Positions 37,093-52,515 of a stretch of 64,000 nucleotides of DNA are shown here, one piece after another. Where the stretch lies: positions 28,954,001-29,018,000 of the forward strand of contig OX597824.1 of assembly GCA_951406725.2 (NCBI GenBank), read 5' to 3'. A program made the position numbers and the translations under genes. The notes below the pieces were generated by a model that saw nothing but the letters and a program-made list of their open reading frames with translations, searched no databases and was not told the DNA's origin. Origin of the DNA: Octopus vulgaris. Its lineage: Eukaryota. Each line of letters opens with the position of its first letter. The stretch's first letter is position 1.

Positions 37093-38111
37093 TACGTTGT
37101 GTTTATATATATATACACACACATATACATTTATGTGTGTATATGTACATGTATATATATTTAGAGAGAGAGAGAGAGATACACACTCGTATGCATATAT
37201 TACACATCTGTCTATACTATATTGCGTGGAGTGGGGTAGGGTCTGTATACATACATATATATATATATATATTCTCTTATTCTCTTATATGTTGCAGTCC
37301 AATGACTGTGGCCATGCTGGAGCACTGCCATTGTAATCATCTTTCCACTTTCCACCTTTGTCGGAGCGGCTTCTGGTGAAGGATGGAGTTCGATGCTACT
37401 GCCCTCTTTTGAGTTTCTTGCTTAGATATTGGCTCATCCGGGATCTCGGTGAGCCAGAGTATATATATGTATAGATATGTACGTATCTACATATACATAC
37501 GTTCTCACACACACCCGTACACGTACACACACGTACACACTTAGAGCAAGAGAGTAACAGCAGAAACTGTAATATTTATTTTGTTGTTGTTGTTTTTTTC
37601 TATATGATTAATAATTTATCTGTTTCCACCAACACCTATTTCTTAAACTATTTAACAGCTTCCAGTATTAATTTTTTAAAGCAATTTCGGCGAAAAATCT
37701 AGTCTTGACAGGCAGTAAAACAAACAGGATAAAAACAACATGAAACATAAATAAACAACAAAGACAAATACGCAAGAAAAAATAATAAAATAAACTAAAT
37801 AAATTGCAGGAAAAATAACAAACATGGAGTGTTATTGCATGTATTTGTAGGTTAAAAGATGGACAGCAAATGATAGTTATGTTAGGGAAGAAAGAGAAAA
37901 TGACTAGGTTTGTGTGATGTAATATGAAGGGGGTTGATATAAAAAAATTTTAGAAGAAGCCGATGTCAGCTGTTTGGTAGAGATATGTAGATAAATAGAT
38001 AAATAGATAAAGAGATAAAGAGATAATTGGATATTCGGATATATAGATAGATTAGGTATTTGAAAAAAGTGCACATACATACATATATAGGTTTATATAT
38101 ACATACAAATA

Positions 38112-38185
<74 letters not shown>

Positions 38186-38347
38186 GTGTGTGTGTGTGTG
38201 TGTGTGTGCGTGCGTGCGTGTTTGCTCATGTGTATACATATACATATATATAAGAGTGTATCTATCTATTTATCTGTCTATCTATCTACCTATATATATA
38301 TATATATGTAGATGGATAGACAGATAAATAGATAGATACACTCTTAC

Positions 38348-38392
<45 letters not shown>

Positions 38393-38393
38393 A

Positions 38394-38523
<130 letters not shown>

Positions 38524-39275
38524 GCAGGCAGGCAGGTAGGCAGATAGAATTGAAAGGTAAGAAAATCGAAACGAAGGAAAAATTTTCCAACAAAAATAAA
38601 ATAATAATCAGACTACAACTCAAATTCGGCAGTTTAGCGTGCGTAAGAATTGAAAGAGTGAGAAATTTTGTAGAAAATGGAGTCGTTAAAAAGGCAAAGG
38701 AACAAAGTTTAGTGTTAACTGCTGAAGTGTTGTGCTTATTATGTCAGCAACAGACGTAAACAAACATGACATTTGCCGTTAATCTTAAACTGGAAGATCA
38801 GGCTGAGACGTAATGAAAGATATTAGCTATCACATGGCAGTTTAAATAGGATATCGAATTTACATACGATATCTGATGTGACGCTTTTTTTGGTTCTTGT
38901 GTTTTGGGGTTTTTTTTTTGTAATCCCTTCTGTTTTTGCATGTTTCGTTCTTTTCTTTTTGTTTTCTCAGTTGCTTTAATTTTAATGTAATAGCTTTTAG
39001 CGAGACGTTTGATAACACGTACATATCACATTCAAACACTTACGCACACACATACATACGTATATGTGCATGTGTGTTACTACATATGTGCAACTACATG
39101 TAAGTGCATATACACACATACATACATACATACATACATACATACATACATACATACATACATAGGAGCACTTCTTCGGTTACGAAGACGAGGGTCCCAG
39201 CTGATACGATCAACGGAACATCGACTAGCTCTCTTCCACAAAATTTAGGGCCTTGTGCCTTGCGTAGAAAAGATT

Positions 39276-39545
<270 letters not shown>

Positions 39546-40130
39546 TCTTTATACATTGTGGCAAATATGGAAGCTGCTCTTGGCATGGTTCGCCTTATTT
39601 TTGCTTAGGTTATGATGATATATATTTGAGTTCGCCATTCTTGTTGAATCAGAGTTTGAAACCGTAGGTGACCTTGAGCGTTTTCGCGTATATTGTTTAT
39701 GCTTAAGTCCTGTCTACTTTCTGAAAGCTCTATTTTCATATTTGTGATGATTGAGTCTTAGGCAAATGAGGAAGAACGAAGTTAACATTTTTTCACTTGA
39801 GGTTGCGTGGCTTGTGTTTGCTAATGGATGCAGCGAATGCCTATATTAGGTGTCTAAATTGAGTGTTGATGAAAACTGTTTGCAGAAATTTGAGTTGAGA
39901 AAAAACTGTATTAGTAACATCGTGGGCGCAAGCGTATTTCTTGCTCAAATAGAACAGTATAAGGTGCAGGCACTTGACTGGTGAAGGTGCATGGCTTAGT
40001 CGTTAGTGTATTCAGGTCAGGATTGTAAGATCGAGAGTTCGATTTCAGGTGGAAACGTTGGAGTGTCCAGTTATAAAAGTACATTTTTTATTAACATACA
40101 GAAGGAAAACGTTTATTTACATGACTGAAA

Positions 40131-40620
40131 TACGAGGGGTACCCAAAAGAAAAGCGATATTATTTTATTCACTTAGCTTTACATCTTTATACTTTTATCG
40201 CCTTCAAAATATTATCTATTTGAAGCAATGCATTGGTTGAGACGCGTTTCCCACTGTTTGAAGCAGTCCTAGAACACTTGGGAAGTGATGCCTTTTAACG
40301 CCACCGTAATTCTTTCCCCCACCTCTTCCACATTTGCTAATCGTTTTCCATTAAGGCTTTTTTCTTTCAGGAAAACAAAAACAAGCTGCAGGGTGTAAGC
40401 GTAGGTGAATAGGGAGAGTGTGTAATCGTGGTCTAACAATGGTTGGTCCAAAACTGTCCCACACTCAAAACAGTGTGTGCATGCGCATTGTAGTGATGAA
40501 ACTTCCACCATCCACTTTGCCACAGTTCGTGGCGTTTTTGTCTCACTGCGACTCGCAGACGCTTCAGAACTGCCAAGTAAAATGTCAGGTTAACAGTTTG
40601 ACCAGGAGGAACAATATCAA
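40131..40620 (-). mobile_element. mariner transposon 3' fragment
   Basis: TA|cgagggg terminus; minus strand HHYNAHAH, LNGKRLANVEEV..ALKGITSQ..DCFKQWETRLNQCIASN..YFEGD. Confidence 0.75.
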
Positions 40621-42141
40621 CACCAAGAAGATACTGTTACAGAATATTTCAATGTTGAAAATTTTCTGACGCGTAAGAGATTTAAATATCTCGTTAATTT
40701 GATTTTGAAAGATACCGGAATGAAGGTCACTCTTTTTCACTAAGATTAACTACTAATTATTGAATGCATATATGACAGAAATTGAGAAACTGACAGTGGA
40801 TTGCGTTGCTAAATCTCAGAACATCATATTTTTGTTTTGATCATGGAAGAAGTTATCCAAAATAATGAAATTCTTTGTTTAACTGTGTAGATTTATATCA
40901 AACTATTAATGCTTAGTAAATATATATTAGATCGCAGTTATTAGGTATTTTCTTTTAGCCTCATCAGACGTTACTCTTACACATTTCGTTGAAAAATGAA
41001 GAAGAAAAAAAATATTCGGTGAGCAAAGATGAGTGTCAGAAGTAAAAAGATAAGGAAGCAGAATGAGAGTACAAGAGTTGAATCAAGAAGAAAGCAAATA
41101 TAAAAGTTAAAAAGGAAGTAATCTTTTATGTCCCTGCTTTTGCACAGACTTAGTAAGGTTGAGGTTGTTTACTTCACTTACGCAACAAGAACATTTCAAT
41201 ATACTTGCATTTCCTGAATATCTGTTATAATGCTTAAATATAAGGCTTTGTATTCAACGGTTTTGAGAATTTTAATTTTACTGAAAAATGGATACTAAAC
41301 GTAGGCAAAAATCTCACATCTTGCATTCATGTTTTTAAGGATTTTCGGCATTTGGGAGATCCATTTTCTGGGATATCTATTTTCTGATGATTTTCCTCTT
41401 AACCTTAAGAGAAAGTCAACTATCTTTCTTACTATAAAATCTTGGCTTCTTGTGTATTGTATAGTAATATATATGTACCAATCTTAGGATGGATTCATAG
41501 ATACTTTTTTTTGACAAGCTTGTCGCTTAGGTTTTAATGGCGAGTGTAAGTGATATTATAAATATCGCTGGCAGTGGTGAAACTTGTGCATATATGCAAG
41601 TCAGAAAATATGCTTTAGAAAATATTCTGTGTTGACAGTTTGCAGAGATCTTATCTATGAAAAATAAGAAACCTTACGTAACAACTATTTTGTGTGCACA
41701 TGAGATTCTGTCGTCACATTTTCGGTTAATGAGCTAGAAAGTATGGCGAGTAGGAAATTTTATTTTTCAATCCGGCAGTAAGTAAAACGTTATGATAGCA
41801 GGGGGCTGCTTTATTAAATATTTCCTTAATGGAGGCCTCAAAATCCTAATTATTCAGGATGTTGCGTTTTAAGTTCAAATTTCGCTGAATAAATTATCGA
41901 TAAATAAAATAAGAATTAAGTAAATGAGTTGAATATTTTTCCTATCACAATCTCATCCGCTTTCTCTCTTTTTCACTCTTTCTCTCTCTCTCTCTCTCGC
42001 CCTCTTTCTATCTCACTCTCTCTCTCTCTCTTTCTCTCACACACACACACTCACACACGTACTCACACAGTTTGTCAACCTTTTCATTCTTCTCTGGGGA
42101 TCAGTGATGTTGTGTTGTGCATGGTAGCTTAAGATAACTCA

Positions 42142-42497
42142 GTGTTTCCAGCCTTCAATAAATGAAAAGGTGTTCATTAGGAGATTATATATCTCTTTCT
42201 GAAAGCGTGTGGCTTTAGTGTCTAAGCTATTCAGTTCACGATGGTAAGGTCGTGAGTTCAATTCCTGGATGTGCGTTGTTGTCGCAGCCACTTCGGCTGG
42301 CAAAAATGAGTTGTAACTGTATTTCAAAGAGGCAACCTTGTCACATTCTCTGTTACATTGAATCTCTATGAGAATTACGATAAGGCTACTCGTGTCTGTG
42401 GAGTATTCAGCCACTTGCACATTAATTTCATGAGCAGGCTATTCCGTTGATCGGATGAACTGGAACGCCCGCCGTCGCAACTGACGGAGTGCCAGAT
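42142..42497 (+). mobile_element. tRNA-derived SINE, family D
   Basis: gcgtgtggctttagtg..gagttcaattcc head; body gtctgtggagtattcagccacttgcac; tail ccgttgatcggat..gacggagtgcca; 10-bp flanking repeat agataactca (42132-42141, 42498-42507). Fragments at ~39165-39225 (-) and ~39985-40050. Confidence 0.7.
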
Positions 42498-42788
42498 AGA
42501 TAACTCATTTTTATCAAACATGCTACAAAATTTGGTATGTGCGTTAACCGGTATATGTGTTTTTTAGCTTGCATGTGTGTTAGCCTTTATATATTTCTGT
42601 TAGCCTGTGTGTGCGTATGTTAGCTGATACGTACGTACGTACGTACGTACGCATGCATGCATGTATGTATGTATGTATGTATGTATGTATGTATGTATGT
42701 ATGTATGTATGTATGTATGTGTTTGTATGTATGTATGTATGTATGTATGTATGTATGTTTGTATGTATGTATGTATGTATGTATGTCT

Positions 42789-43020
42789 AAGGCGGCGAGC
42801 TGGCAGAAACTTTAGCACGCCAGGCGAAATGCTTAGCGGGATTTCGTCTGCCGCTACGTTCTGAGTTCAAATTCCGCCGAGGTCGACTTTACCTTTCATC
42901 CTTTCGGGGTAGATTAAATAAGTACCAGTTACGCACTGGGGTCGATATAATCGACTTAATCCGTTTGTCTGTCCTTGTTTGTCCTCTCTGTGTTTAGCAC
43001 CTTGTGGGTAGTAAAGAAAT
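42789..43020 (+). mobile_element. SINE family A, head plus one unit
   Basis: aaggcggcgagctggcagaa...gtgggtagtaaagaaat, directly after (TATG)n. Confidence 0.85.
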
Positions 43021-43861
43021 TGTATGTATTTACGTTTGTATTCATATGTACTTATAGATTTTGGTTTCAAAAACTTCTATTTTTTGGTACAAGGCAAGCA
43101 ATTTTGTGGGAAAGTGGGCGGGTCAATTATGTCGACTCCAGTGTTCAACTAGTACTTATTTTATCGACTTCGATAGAATAAAAGGGGAAGTCGACCTGGG
43201 CGGCATTTGAACTCAGAACGTAAATACGGGCAAAATACCGTTGAACATTTTTTGCCCAGCGTGCTAACGAATCATCAAGCTCGCTGCCTGATACGTAATT
43301 CTAATTTTAAATATATATATATACATGCAGAACCTGGACCAATTGACTTCTAGTTATCACGACATCACAGGTTCGATCTCGCAGCCTGGGTTCTCAATCA
43401 TGTGGTTTATCTTTTTATCTATTTATTTATTTATTTATTGGTAAAATAGCATCGAATGATTCAATGCTGCACCTTGTTTATCCTCTCTGAGGAATTATGT
43501 TAAGGATCTGAGTAATACTTAGATAGATATTTTATTAATTTGATAAACAGGCAGTACAGCTGATCTGATGACGCAACGAAATTTCTCATCCTCTCAACAA
43601 AAGAAAAAAAAACATTTCAAGAAAATTTTTATTCAAGTTTCAAATTATGAGATACTTGGTAGTTATGTTTTTGTCGACTAAAACATCACATTCTCGAAAA
43701 ATCGCAAGGAAAAGGAGGGAACAGGTCTTGGAATAGGAACAAAGGAAGTAAGTCATTACAGCGACACGTATGGACTGGTGTTTTCGATCCTCACATATAT
43801 ATATATATATATTTAGTGTAGGATAAAATGTTTTCGAAAAAGAAAAAAAATTTATCCTACA

Positions 43862-44255
43862 TCTTTATATATAAAAGTAAGGTTGTGTGTCTGTCTACTC
43901 CGATTTAGATTCCTAACTACTCCCACATTTTGCGGTGCAGTTTAACCAAAACCGGGTATCTTATAGTCGTGATTCATATCGAGCCCTTCTGGGTATTAGC
44001 GCGCGTCTACGATGAGTCTACGATTTTAAAAATAATTTACCATCGTTTTTTTTCCATTTTAATGCATATTTTTTAAATATAAGGAAAGTAACTCTCTAAA
44101 AATGTCTACGATGAGTCAACGATTTTTAAAAAATTTACCATCATATTTTTTCCATTTTTAATGCATTTTTTTGCTATTTTTTGGCTATAACTCTCTATAA
44201 ATACTTTATAGTTATTTCCCTTACAAACTCGAGCAACGCCGGGCGATACTGCTAG
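43862..44255 (+). mobile_element. Non-autonomous Helitron
   Basis: A|TCtttatatataaaag ... gagcaacgccgggcgatactgCTAG|T: inserted between A and T, with a subterminal hairpin. Confidence 0.85.
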
Positions 44256-44639
44256 TTAAATATAAATTTAATAGTGTTCACTTCCGGACTGTCTCACTCT
44301 GTGAGAACCTCAGTTCAAATCGCACGTGTCTCAAATGGACTGGAGAATTTCTATTTTGGATGTATTTGGGGTACTTAATTGTGCTCATGACTTAGGTATG
44401 AGTAAGTATCTCATTTATTTCTTTGCCACATTTATCACTGTCGAAGAAGGGAGGGTTCTTACGAACTAACCTTGAAATCGGTCCTATATGGTAATAATGC
44501 AATTTTTTAGAGATTTCTGTCGACTTTTTTTTTGAGTAGCGTGCGTATTGTGAAAAATTATATGGTTATGGACAGGGAGACTAATTTCGGCATATACGGC
44601 ATTAGAGAATTGTTCATTTGCCCTTATTTATAAGTTGTT

Positions 44640-44707
<68 letters not shown>

Positions 44708-44751
44708 AAGCGAGAGAGAGAGAAACATATGCATATATACATGCATTTTGC

Positions 44752-44788
<37 letters not shown>

Positions 44789-45625
44789 ATACGTACGCGC
44801 ATGTGTTTTCAATGTATATGAGTACAGATGTGTACATACACGCGCACGAATATATCTACATTTATCTACACAAACATACATCTGTGTGTGTATGTGTGTG
44901 TGTGTGCGTGTGTGTGTGCGGATATAAATACATACATACAGATCTTAAGTCCAGGCAAACACGAATGTTTGTACATATGAAGATATATAGATGGTAACTG
45001 TTTATTTTCTTTAACTTAGAGTAAATTGAGTAGGTTTTTAGTGGAAATCTTTTAAATGTCACATAAAAGAAAACACGGAAAGGAAAAGTTTATTTATATT
45101 ATTGAAAGGTGTTTTCTGAAAGAGAGAGAACGCCATCTGGTGGCGTGGGAAGAAATGAAGACTTGGATTACCAGATCACTATCATTAAACCTTCTCGGTA
45201 TCCAAAACATTTCAGGTGTTTTTATCATCACTTTACAGGGTGTGTCTACATTTAATGGTTTATCTCCATAAAAAGAAGATGTGTCACTCGCATATGATAC
45301 ACTTGAATATTCTTGCCAAGTCAACGACAACACTGCTATGCTGTCGCTCCTCCTTGCTAGAAACAACAAGAAAATGCACTATAGAGACTGAAATACAGAA
45401 GTATGATCATATTCTGTTCGAGCTTGCTGGGGAGGGGGTGGGGGTTGAGAGGTTAACCCACACGCTATCTGTCTTGGTCCTGCATTAGATGAGGGTGGTC
45501 TTCGTGAACGCATCCGGTGTATCTGGTGAGCTGATACATCATGTATGTTGTGTTCGGACAACCAGCTGGAGTACGGCCATGCTTTGCAATCCATAACAAT
45601 AAGTCAAGTGCGTCTTAAGTATATG

Positions 45626-45667
<42 letters not shown>

Positions 45668-45690
45668 TATGTATGAATGCATATATATAT

Positions 45691-45744
<54 letters not shown>

Positions 45745-45959
45745 CTAGGCCTGTGCTTCAACGCTTAATAACTCGCAACATCCATAACACTACCTCACCA
45801 GCAATGTCCCGCAAATCGCAAGCGCCGTTCCCTTGTAATGGTGGAAACAGGCAGATCTCCACGCAGCTATTCCTTGGTGCTGGACTACTTGTTAATCCTA
45901 GTCAAACCAAAGGCATTGCTCAACAAGGAATTATCACCAACATCAGCGGATATTCCACC

Positions 45960-46200
45960 AATCAAATTGATATCAAGCATTTCGGTTCTGTAATAGCCTC
46001 AACTGAAAAGGATGTAAAAACTTCGACACACAAAACATGGTTGGCCCGAAAGAAACCGGATGTCTGGAAATAAACCCTGTCAGTCAAGTTTAAGAGGAAT
46101 TTTTTCTGTGCATTAGTTGACTCAGTCCTTTTATATGGAGCAAAAACCTGGACACTTAGCAAAAAGTTGGAATACGAGTAAGATGGAACTTAAACAGATG
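45960..46200 (+). mobile_element. RTE-clade LINE RT fragment
   Basis: IKHFGSVIASTEKDVKT..KTW..VWK*TLSVKFKRNFFCALVDSVLLYGAKTWTL matches the RTE pattern YLGS...ESVLLYG.ETWTL; weaker upstream remnants at ~45210-45440. Confidence 0.7.
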
Positions 46201-46435
46201 TATATTCATCCGTACAATCAAGAGTATATTCTGCAACAAGAAAACTACTCTGAGTTACATAAACAAAATGCAAATGTCTCCCCATCCGGGGTTTTTTTCT
46301 TGTACCTCCTTCACTGTCTGTTGTTTATTTCCTTCTTTGCCTTTTTAGAAATATTCTTTCGAGTTAATCAACAGATACTTCGTTGGGTTCAGGTTTTCAG
46401 TGATTTGATTACACTTTCGATACTACCTCGTGTGG

Positions 46436-46468
<33 letters not shown>

Positions 46469-46516
46469 ACTGGCAGTGCCTCAGCACGACTACAGAACCA
46501 TGGGCTCAAATTCATT

Positions 46517-46592
<76 letters not shown>

Positions 46593-46716
46593 TACTCACA
46601 CACACACACACATATATATATGTATATATAAGCAGATTTCTTCATATGTATATTTATATATGTGCATATATACATATATGTGTGTGAATATATGTGTGCA
46701 TTTATATATATGTATG

Positions 46717-46769
<53 letters not shown>

Positions 46770-47410
46770 TATATATGTATGTATGTATGTATGTATGAAT
46801 GTATGTATAGGCGATAGTAAAAAGAATTAAAATACAATTATGTTGAATTTTCTCTGACGTAAAATCATTATAAATGCATTTAGAACTGCATTTTTTTTAA
46901 ACTTCTGCTTCGAAAAAAAAATAATAATTTTCTCTTCCATCTAAAATGAGACACAGCATGAATTAATATGTTTTTTTATAAATTTGAATTAGAACCTTTG
47001 AATGTTATATGAACGATTTTATATTTGTTTATACGTATGTATTTACTAACAATACGATATTAAATTTTCTTGGTGCAGAAACGAAAAGAACTGTGCAAAG
47101 TTGCAAGCAGAAATATCGCAATTGCAGGAAGCAGCAAGCGACAGCCGTTGTATGTAGGACGAATTGCACAGTAGCGAAAAACATGGCTGCAAAAAAATGC
47201 ATTGCAACCCAATATGCACAAATTCAACATGCACATTGGTGCTTATTTAATTTCAACAATTACCTCAACATATGTATGGCAAAAACGGAAAGAAACTTAT
47301 AGAGGTCTCCACCCTAAAATAAATCGTTTCAAACATTGGAAGACATCTAATAAATAATTGCTCCTACATCTTCATATGTATGTGAATGTGTGTAATTATT
47401 TATATCTGTG

Positions 47411-47453
<43 letters not shown>

Positions 47454-47456
<3 letters not shown>

Positions 47457-47631
47457 ATCCAAAACAAGAAAACACAGAAAAAAACACAGCAACACGAGGA
47501 CGGAGAACAATTAAAGTATTATTTGACGCTCAGGAAAGAAGGGAAGGAGGGTTTAACGTTTCGAGCGAAGCTCTTCGTCGGAAACAAAGGAGAAGGAAAG
47601 ATCCCGAGAAGGGAAGACAGAGGAAAAAAAT

Positions 47632-47632
<1 letters not shown>
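47454..47632 (-). mobile_element. Short Penelope-like element in (TA)n, with variant minimal hammerhead at 47551-47585
   Basis: Minus strand gttt CCGACGA a gagc-ttc-gctc GAAA cg TT aaac; (TA)n on both sides. Confidence 0.6.
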
Positions 47633-47676
<44 letters not shown>

Positions 47677-47780
47677 ATTTATATATGTATAAATATATAT
47701 ATATATATATACATACATATATAAATACATTATATATAAAATGTATTTATATATTTATATATATATATTTACATGTATGA

Positions 47781-49204
47781 CCTAGGCCTAACACTAACCA
47801 TAGCCAAACCTTAACCCTAACCCTAACCCTATAACCCTAACCCTAACCCTAACACTAAACCTAACCCTAACCCTAACCCTAACACTAACCCAAACCTAAA
47901 CCCTAAACCTAACCCTAACTCTACTCTAAAACTAACCCTATAACCCTAACCCTAACCCTATAACCTAAACCGAAACCGAAACCTAAACCTAAGCCTAACC
48001 CTAACCCTAACCCTAAACCTATAACCCTAACCCTAACCCTAACAATAAAACCCTAACACTAACACTAGCCCTAACCCCAACCTTAAACATAACCCTAAAC
48101 CCTAACCCTAAAACTAACACTAAATCTAACACTAACCCTAACCTTATAACCCTAACACTAACCTTAACCCTAATCCTATAAACCTAACCCTAACCCTAAC
48201 TCTCAACCTAATCCTAACACTAACCCAAACCATAACCCTAACCCTAAACCTAACGCTAACTCCAACCCTAACCCCAACCCTAACACTGACTCTGTCACTA
48301 ACCCTAACCCTCTAACCCTAACCCTAACCCTAACCCTAACCACAACCCTAAACCTAACCCTAACCCTTACCCAAACCCTAACATTAACCCTAGCACTAAC
48401 CCAAATCCTAACCCTAACCCAAAACCTAAAACTCTAACCCTAACCCTAACCCTAACCCTAACCCTAACCCTAACCCTAATCCTAATCCTAACCCTAACCC
48501 TAACCCTAACCATAACCCTAACCGTAAACCCTAACCCTAACCGTAAACCCTATCCATAAACCCTAACCGTAACTCTAACCCTAACCCTAACCTTAAACCC
48601 TAATCCTAAACCTAACCCTAACTCCAACCCTAACCCTAACCCTAACCCTAACCCAAATCCTAACCCTAAACCTAACCCTAACCGTGACCCAAACCGTAAA
48701 CCCTAACCATAAGCCTAATTCTAGCCCTAAACCCTAACCCTAGCCTAACACTAACACTAATCCTAACTCTAAACCTAGCCATAAACCCTAACCCTAACCC
48801 TAACCCCTAACCCAAACCCTCACCCTAACCCTAAACCCTAACCCTAACAGTAAACACTAACCGTAGCCCTAACGGTAAACCTAACCCTAATCCTGACCCT
48901 AACCCTAACCCTAAGCCTGATCCTAACCCTAACCCTAACCCTAACCCTAAACCCTAATCCTAACCCTAACCCTAACCGTAAACCATAACCCTAACCCTAA
49001 CCTTAACCCTAACCGTAAACCATAACCCTAAGCCTAACCCTACCCTAACCCTAACCCTAACCCTAACCTTAACCCTAACCCTAACCCTAACCCTCTAACC
49101 TTAACCCCAATCCTAACTCTAACCCTGACACTAACCCTAACCCTACCTAACCCTAACACTAACCCTAACCCTATAACCCTAACCCTAACCCTAACTCTAA
49201 CGCT
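47781..49204. repeat. Degenerate interstitial telomeric array (CCCTAA)n, ~1.42 kb
   Basis: Perfect CCCTAA runs mixed with CACTAA, CCTAAA, TCCTAA, CCGTAA and CCCTATAA variants, all in one orientation. Confidence 0.95.
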
Positions 49205-49272
49205 ATGGTATTTTTCCAATGCTGGCCACTTGATGATATTGATATTATCCTAATTTATAAATTAATAAATAT

Positions 49273-49402
<130 letters not shown>

Positions 49403-49523
49403 GTAGATAGAGATATAGTTATAGATATAAATACATATGTATACATACATATGCATTCATATATACATTTATATATATATATTAAAACATATATATATTT
49501 GTGTGCATATGTGAGTATATATA

Positions 49524-49557
<34 letters not shown>

Positions 49558-49578
49558 GCATATATATATATAATATAC

Positions 49579-49651
<73 letters not shown>

Positions 49652-50629
49652 TATATTCACGAACACCGAAGAATACTTATACATATTTATATACACATAT
49701 ATACAGTGTGTGTGTGTGTGTGTGTGTATGTGTCAGATTGTGTGTGTAAATGTTTGTTTATGATGCAAAAATAAACGCTTATGCAATGCAATTTCAATGC
49801 ATTTAGATCTGAGCAGCATCTGGTTAACACATTTCTGCAATTCTCTGTCTGATTATGTTGGCGGTGTTAGTGGTGCCCGGTGCTAGTGATGGCAGCGATG
49901 TTGATCGTAGTAATAGTGATGTTAATCTACGCTTATCGAGAATTGCGATTGCAGTGTTTGTAGTGTTGAGGTAATTCTCCATATGTGCAATTCTGGATGT
50001 AGTTGTTTCAAATGGTGTGTGACCTATTATATTTTTACGTTAATGCAGCACCATTTTCCTGCATTATAATTGGAAGAGAAGGACGAAGCCAAATATTTTA
50101 AATAGGAGCTGTAGTATGGAAACGATATTGTAGTTGTGAATGTGTTTAAAAAGGTTTTAAGGCATCGAGACCAAACCAGAACTACATTCATTCGTGTCCA
50201 GAAATTTCACCGTAAGAGAAATTCGTCGTATGGACAATGCGGAAGAGTATTATATCAGCATTTTTTACAATAGAAAAATAATAATTATAAAATATTTTGT
50301 GAAAACGTTAAATTGACAAGACTTCAACGCCAAACACTAAAAACACGCGATGAAGTCAGCTGAAACGAAATTTCGAATTTTTCTACGACGTATTGACCGA
50401 CGGCAAAAGCATTTGTGGCGAAATCCACTACAATCATTTTTGCTGTAACCATGATTGAAAACCGATGTTCCTTCTGCCTATGTCCAGTTGGTCCTTCGAC
50501 GTAGGAACTATTGTTCTATGTTCCATGAGAACGGTTAATGTGTCAGCATCAGATCAAATGAACTGTATATATGTGTGTGTGTGTGCGTTTGCGTGTATGT
50601 GTGTGTGTGTGTGTTTGTTTTTGTGTACG

Positions 50630-50740
<111 letters not shown>

Positions 50741-51650
50741 CTATATGTATCTATATGTATCTGTTACCGTTGATGTATATAATTCAGTCATTTCATGGAA
50801 TAACTAGGTATTTCATGAATTACCTGGCTGAATCAGTTAAAGTGTATATAATTATTACATTCTAGAGTATACATATATTAGAACAGGAGATTAGAAAAAA
50901 ATGTCATACTTTATTCACCATAACACTTGATAAGTGTTTTGAAATTGTACGTATAGGAGAAACGTAAAATATTTCTTTGAAATTCTTGATACAGAGAATC
51001 GAAAGATATCTCATAAGAGATATCATACGTGCTGGCTACAATTTTGTAACTCCTATTGTCAAATGACACACAGTTAGTGGTCAATAAAAACTACTAGCAA
51101 TATTTTCCAATCTCCTGTTTTGCTTGTTATTCTGCAAAAAGCATTTCCCAGGATTTTTCAGCTCTTATGCATGGCGCACATAAATAAAACATTGACATAC
51201 GACTTTGGAGTACTGTAATAAGCAGCTCTGCTTCTAGAGGACACAGTTCGGATTATAGGCTTATCTACACAATATATATATATATATACGAGAGTTAAGG
51301 AATAGATAAGATCCGGGCTACATGTGTTTCATAGCAAGTGGAACCTCGGAAGTGGAAAATGTCCAATTGAGGTGTATATAGCAGGCTACTCTCCAGGCCA
51401 AGGATATCTACTCCATTACTTAACGTCATATATATACGACGGGCTTCTTTCAGTTTCAAGCTGACTAGAGCTTATTGAGTGGTGGCGATCCCTGCTGTAC
51501 TCTTTCGCCACAACTTTCGCTCGCTCTTTCGTCTGTTGGCGTGCTCGCTTAACCAGAAGGGTGGTATCATTTCAAGGCTAAAACAATGCGAAGCTCATTG
51601 TGACCAGCGATGTGAAGGAACATACGGTGATACATACATACATACATACA

Positions 51651-51686
<36 letters not shown>

Positions 51687-51692
51687 TATATA

Positions 51693-51791
<99 letters not shown>

Positions 51792-52296
51792 CATTATGTC
51801 AACTTGCATTATGTACTATTTTAGTGAGGAATCCAAGGTGTTAAATTTTACTCCTAAATCACCTGATGGAACGGCTGTAGTCAACCTCAACCCATCTGTT
51901 TTATATATATAATTGACAGCACAACTCTAATTCTCTAAATGCTATATCATATCACTGCCTCTAATAAATTAATGATTTTTAATTTTGATTATGCATGTAT
52001 AAAATTACTTCCTTAGTCGACAAAAAAGTTCTTAAATATGGTACAATAGAATCATAATTGCTGTCGTAAATATAGAATAAAGTTGATTCTACTTTAATTA
52101 AATAATATTTATTAATTACTTTTACACTTGCTAGGATGTTACAAGCATCATTTGAAAATCTTATACATTCGTACACACATACGTGTATAAACACATATAT
52201 GGTTTTGTATGTATGTATATATGAATGTATATATGTATGTATTATGTATGTATGTATGTATGTATGTATGTATGTATGTATGTATGTATGTATGTA

Positions 52297-52327
<31 letters not shown>

Positions 52328-52515
52328 ATGCCATTGTTCAGTTTATTTCAAAATTTCTTGCCACTAGAGAAAGATCTGGATTCTAACCTAGAATTTCACT
52401 GAAATTTCAACCTCAACATCAGGGTATTTTTGTTTGTATGCATGTATGTATGTATGTATGTATGTATGTATGTATGTATGTATGTATGTATGTATGTATG
52501 TATGTATGTATGTAT

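Noticed and set aside
43561-43590. gat CTGATGA cgcaac GAAA tttctc atc hammerhead-like string
   Set aside because: No closing stem II pair, no palindromic stem III and only a 3-bp stem I; compatible with chance.
47009-47302. Cys-rich 97-aa ORF as a host exon
   Set aside because: Cys spacing fits no domain I can name and there is no splice support; it may be a decayed transposon C-terminus.
47781-49204. True chromosome end or telomere-fusion site
   Set aside because: Ordinary sequence continues on both sides, the repeats are degenerate and there is no inverted junction.
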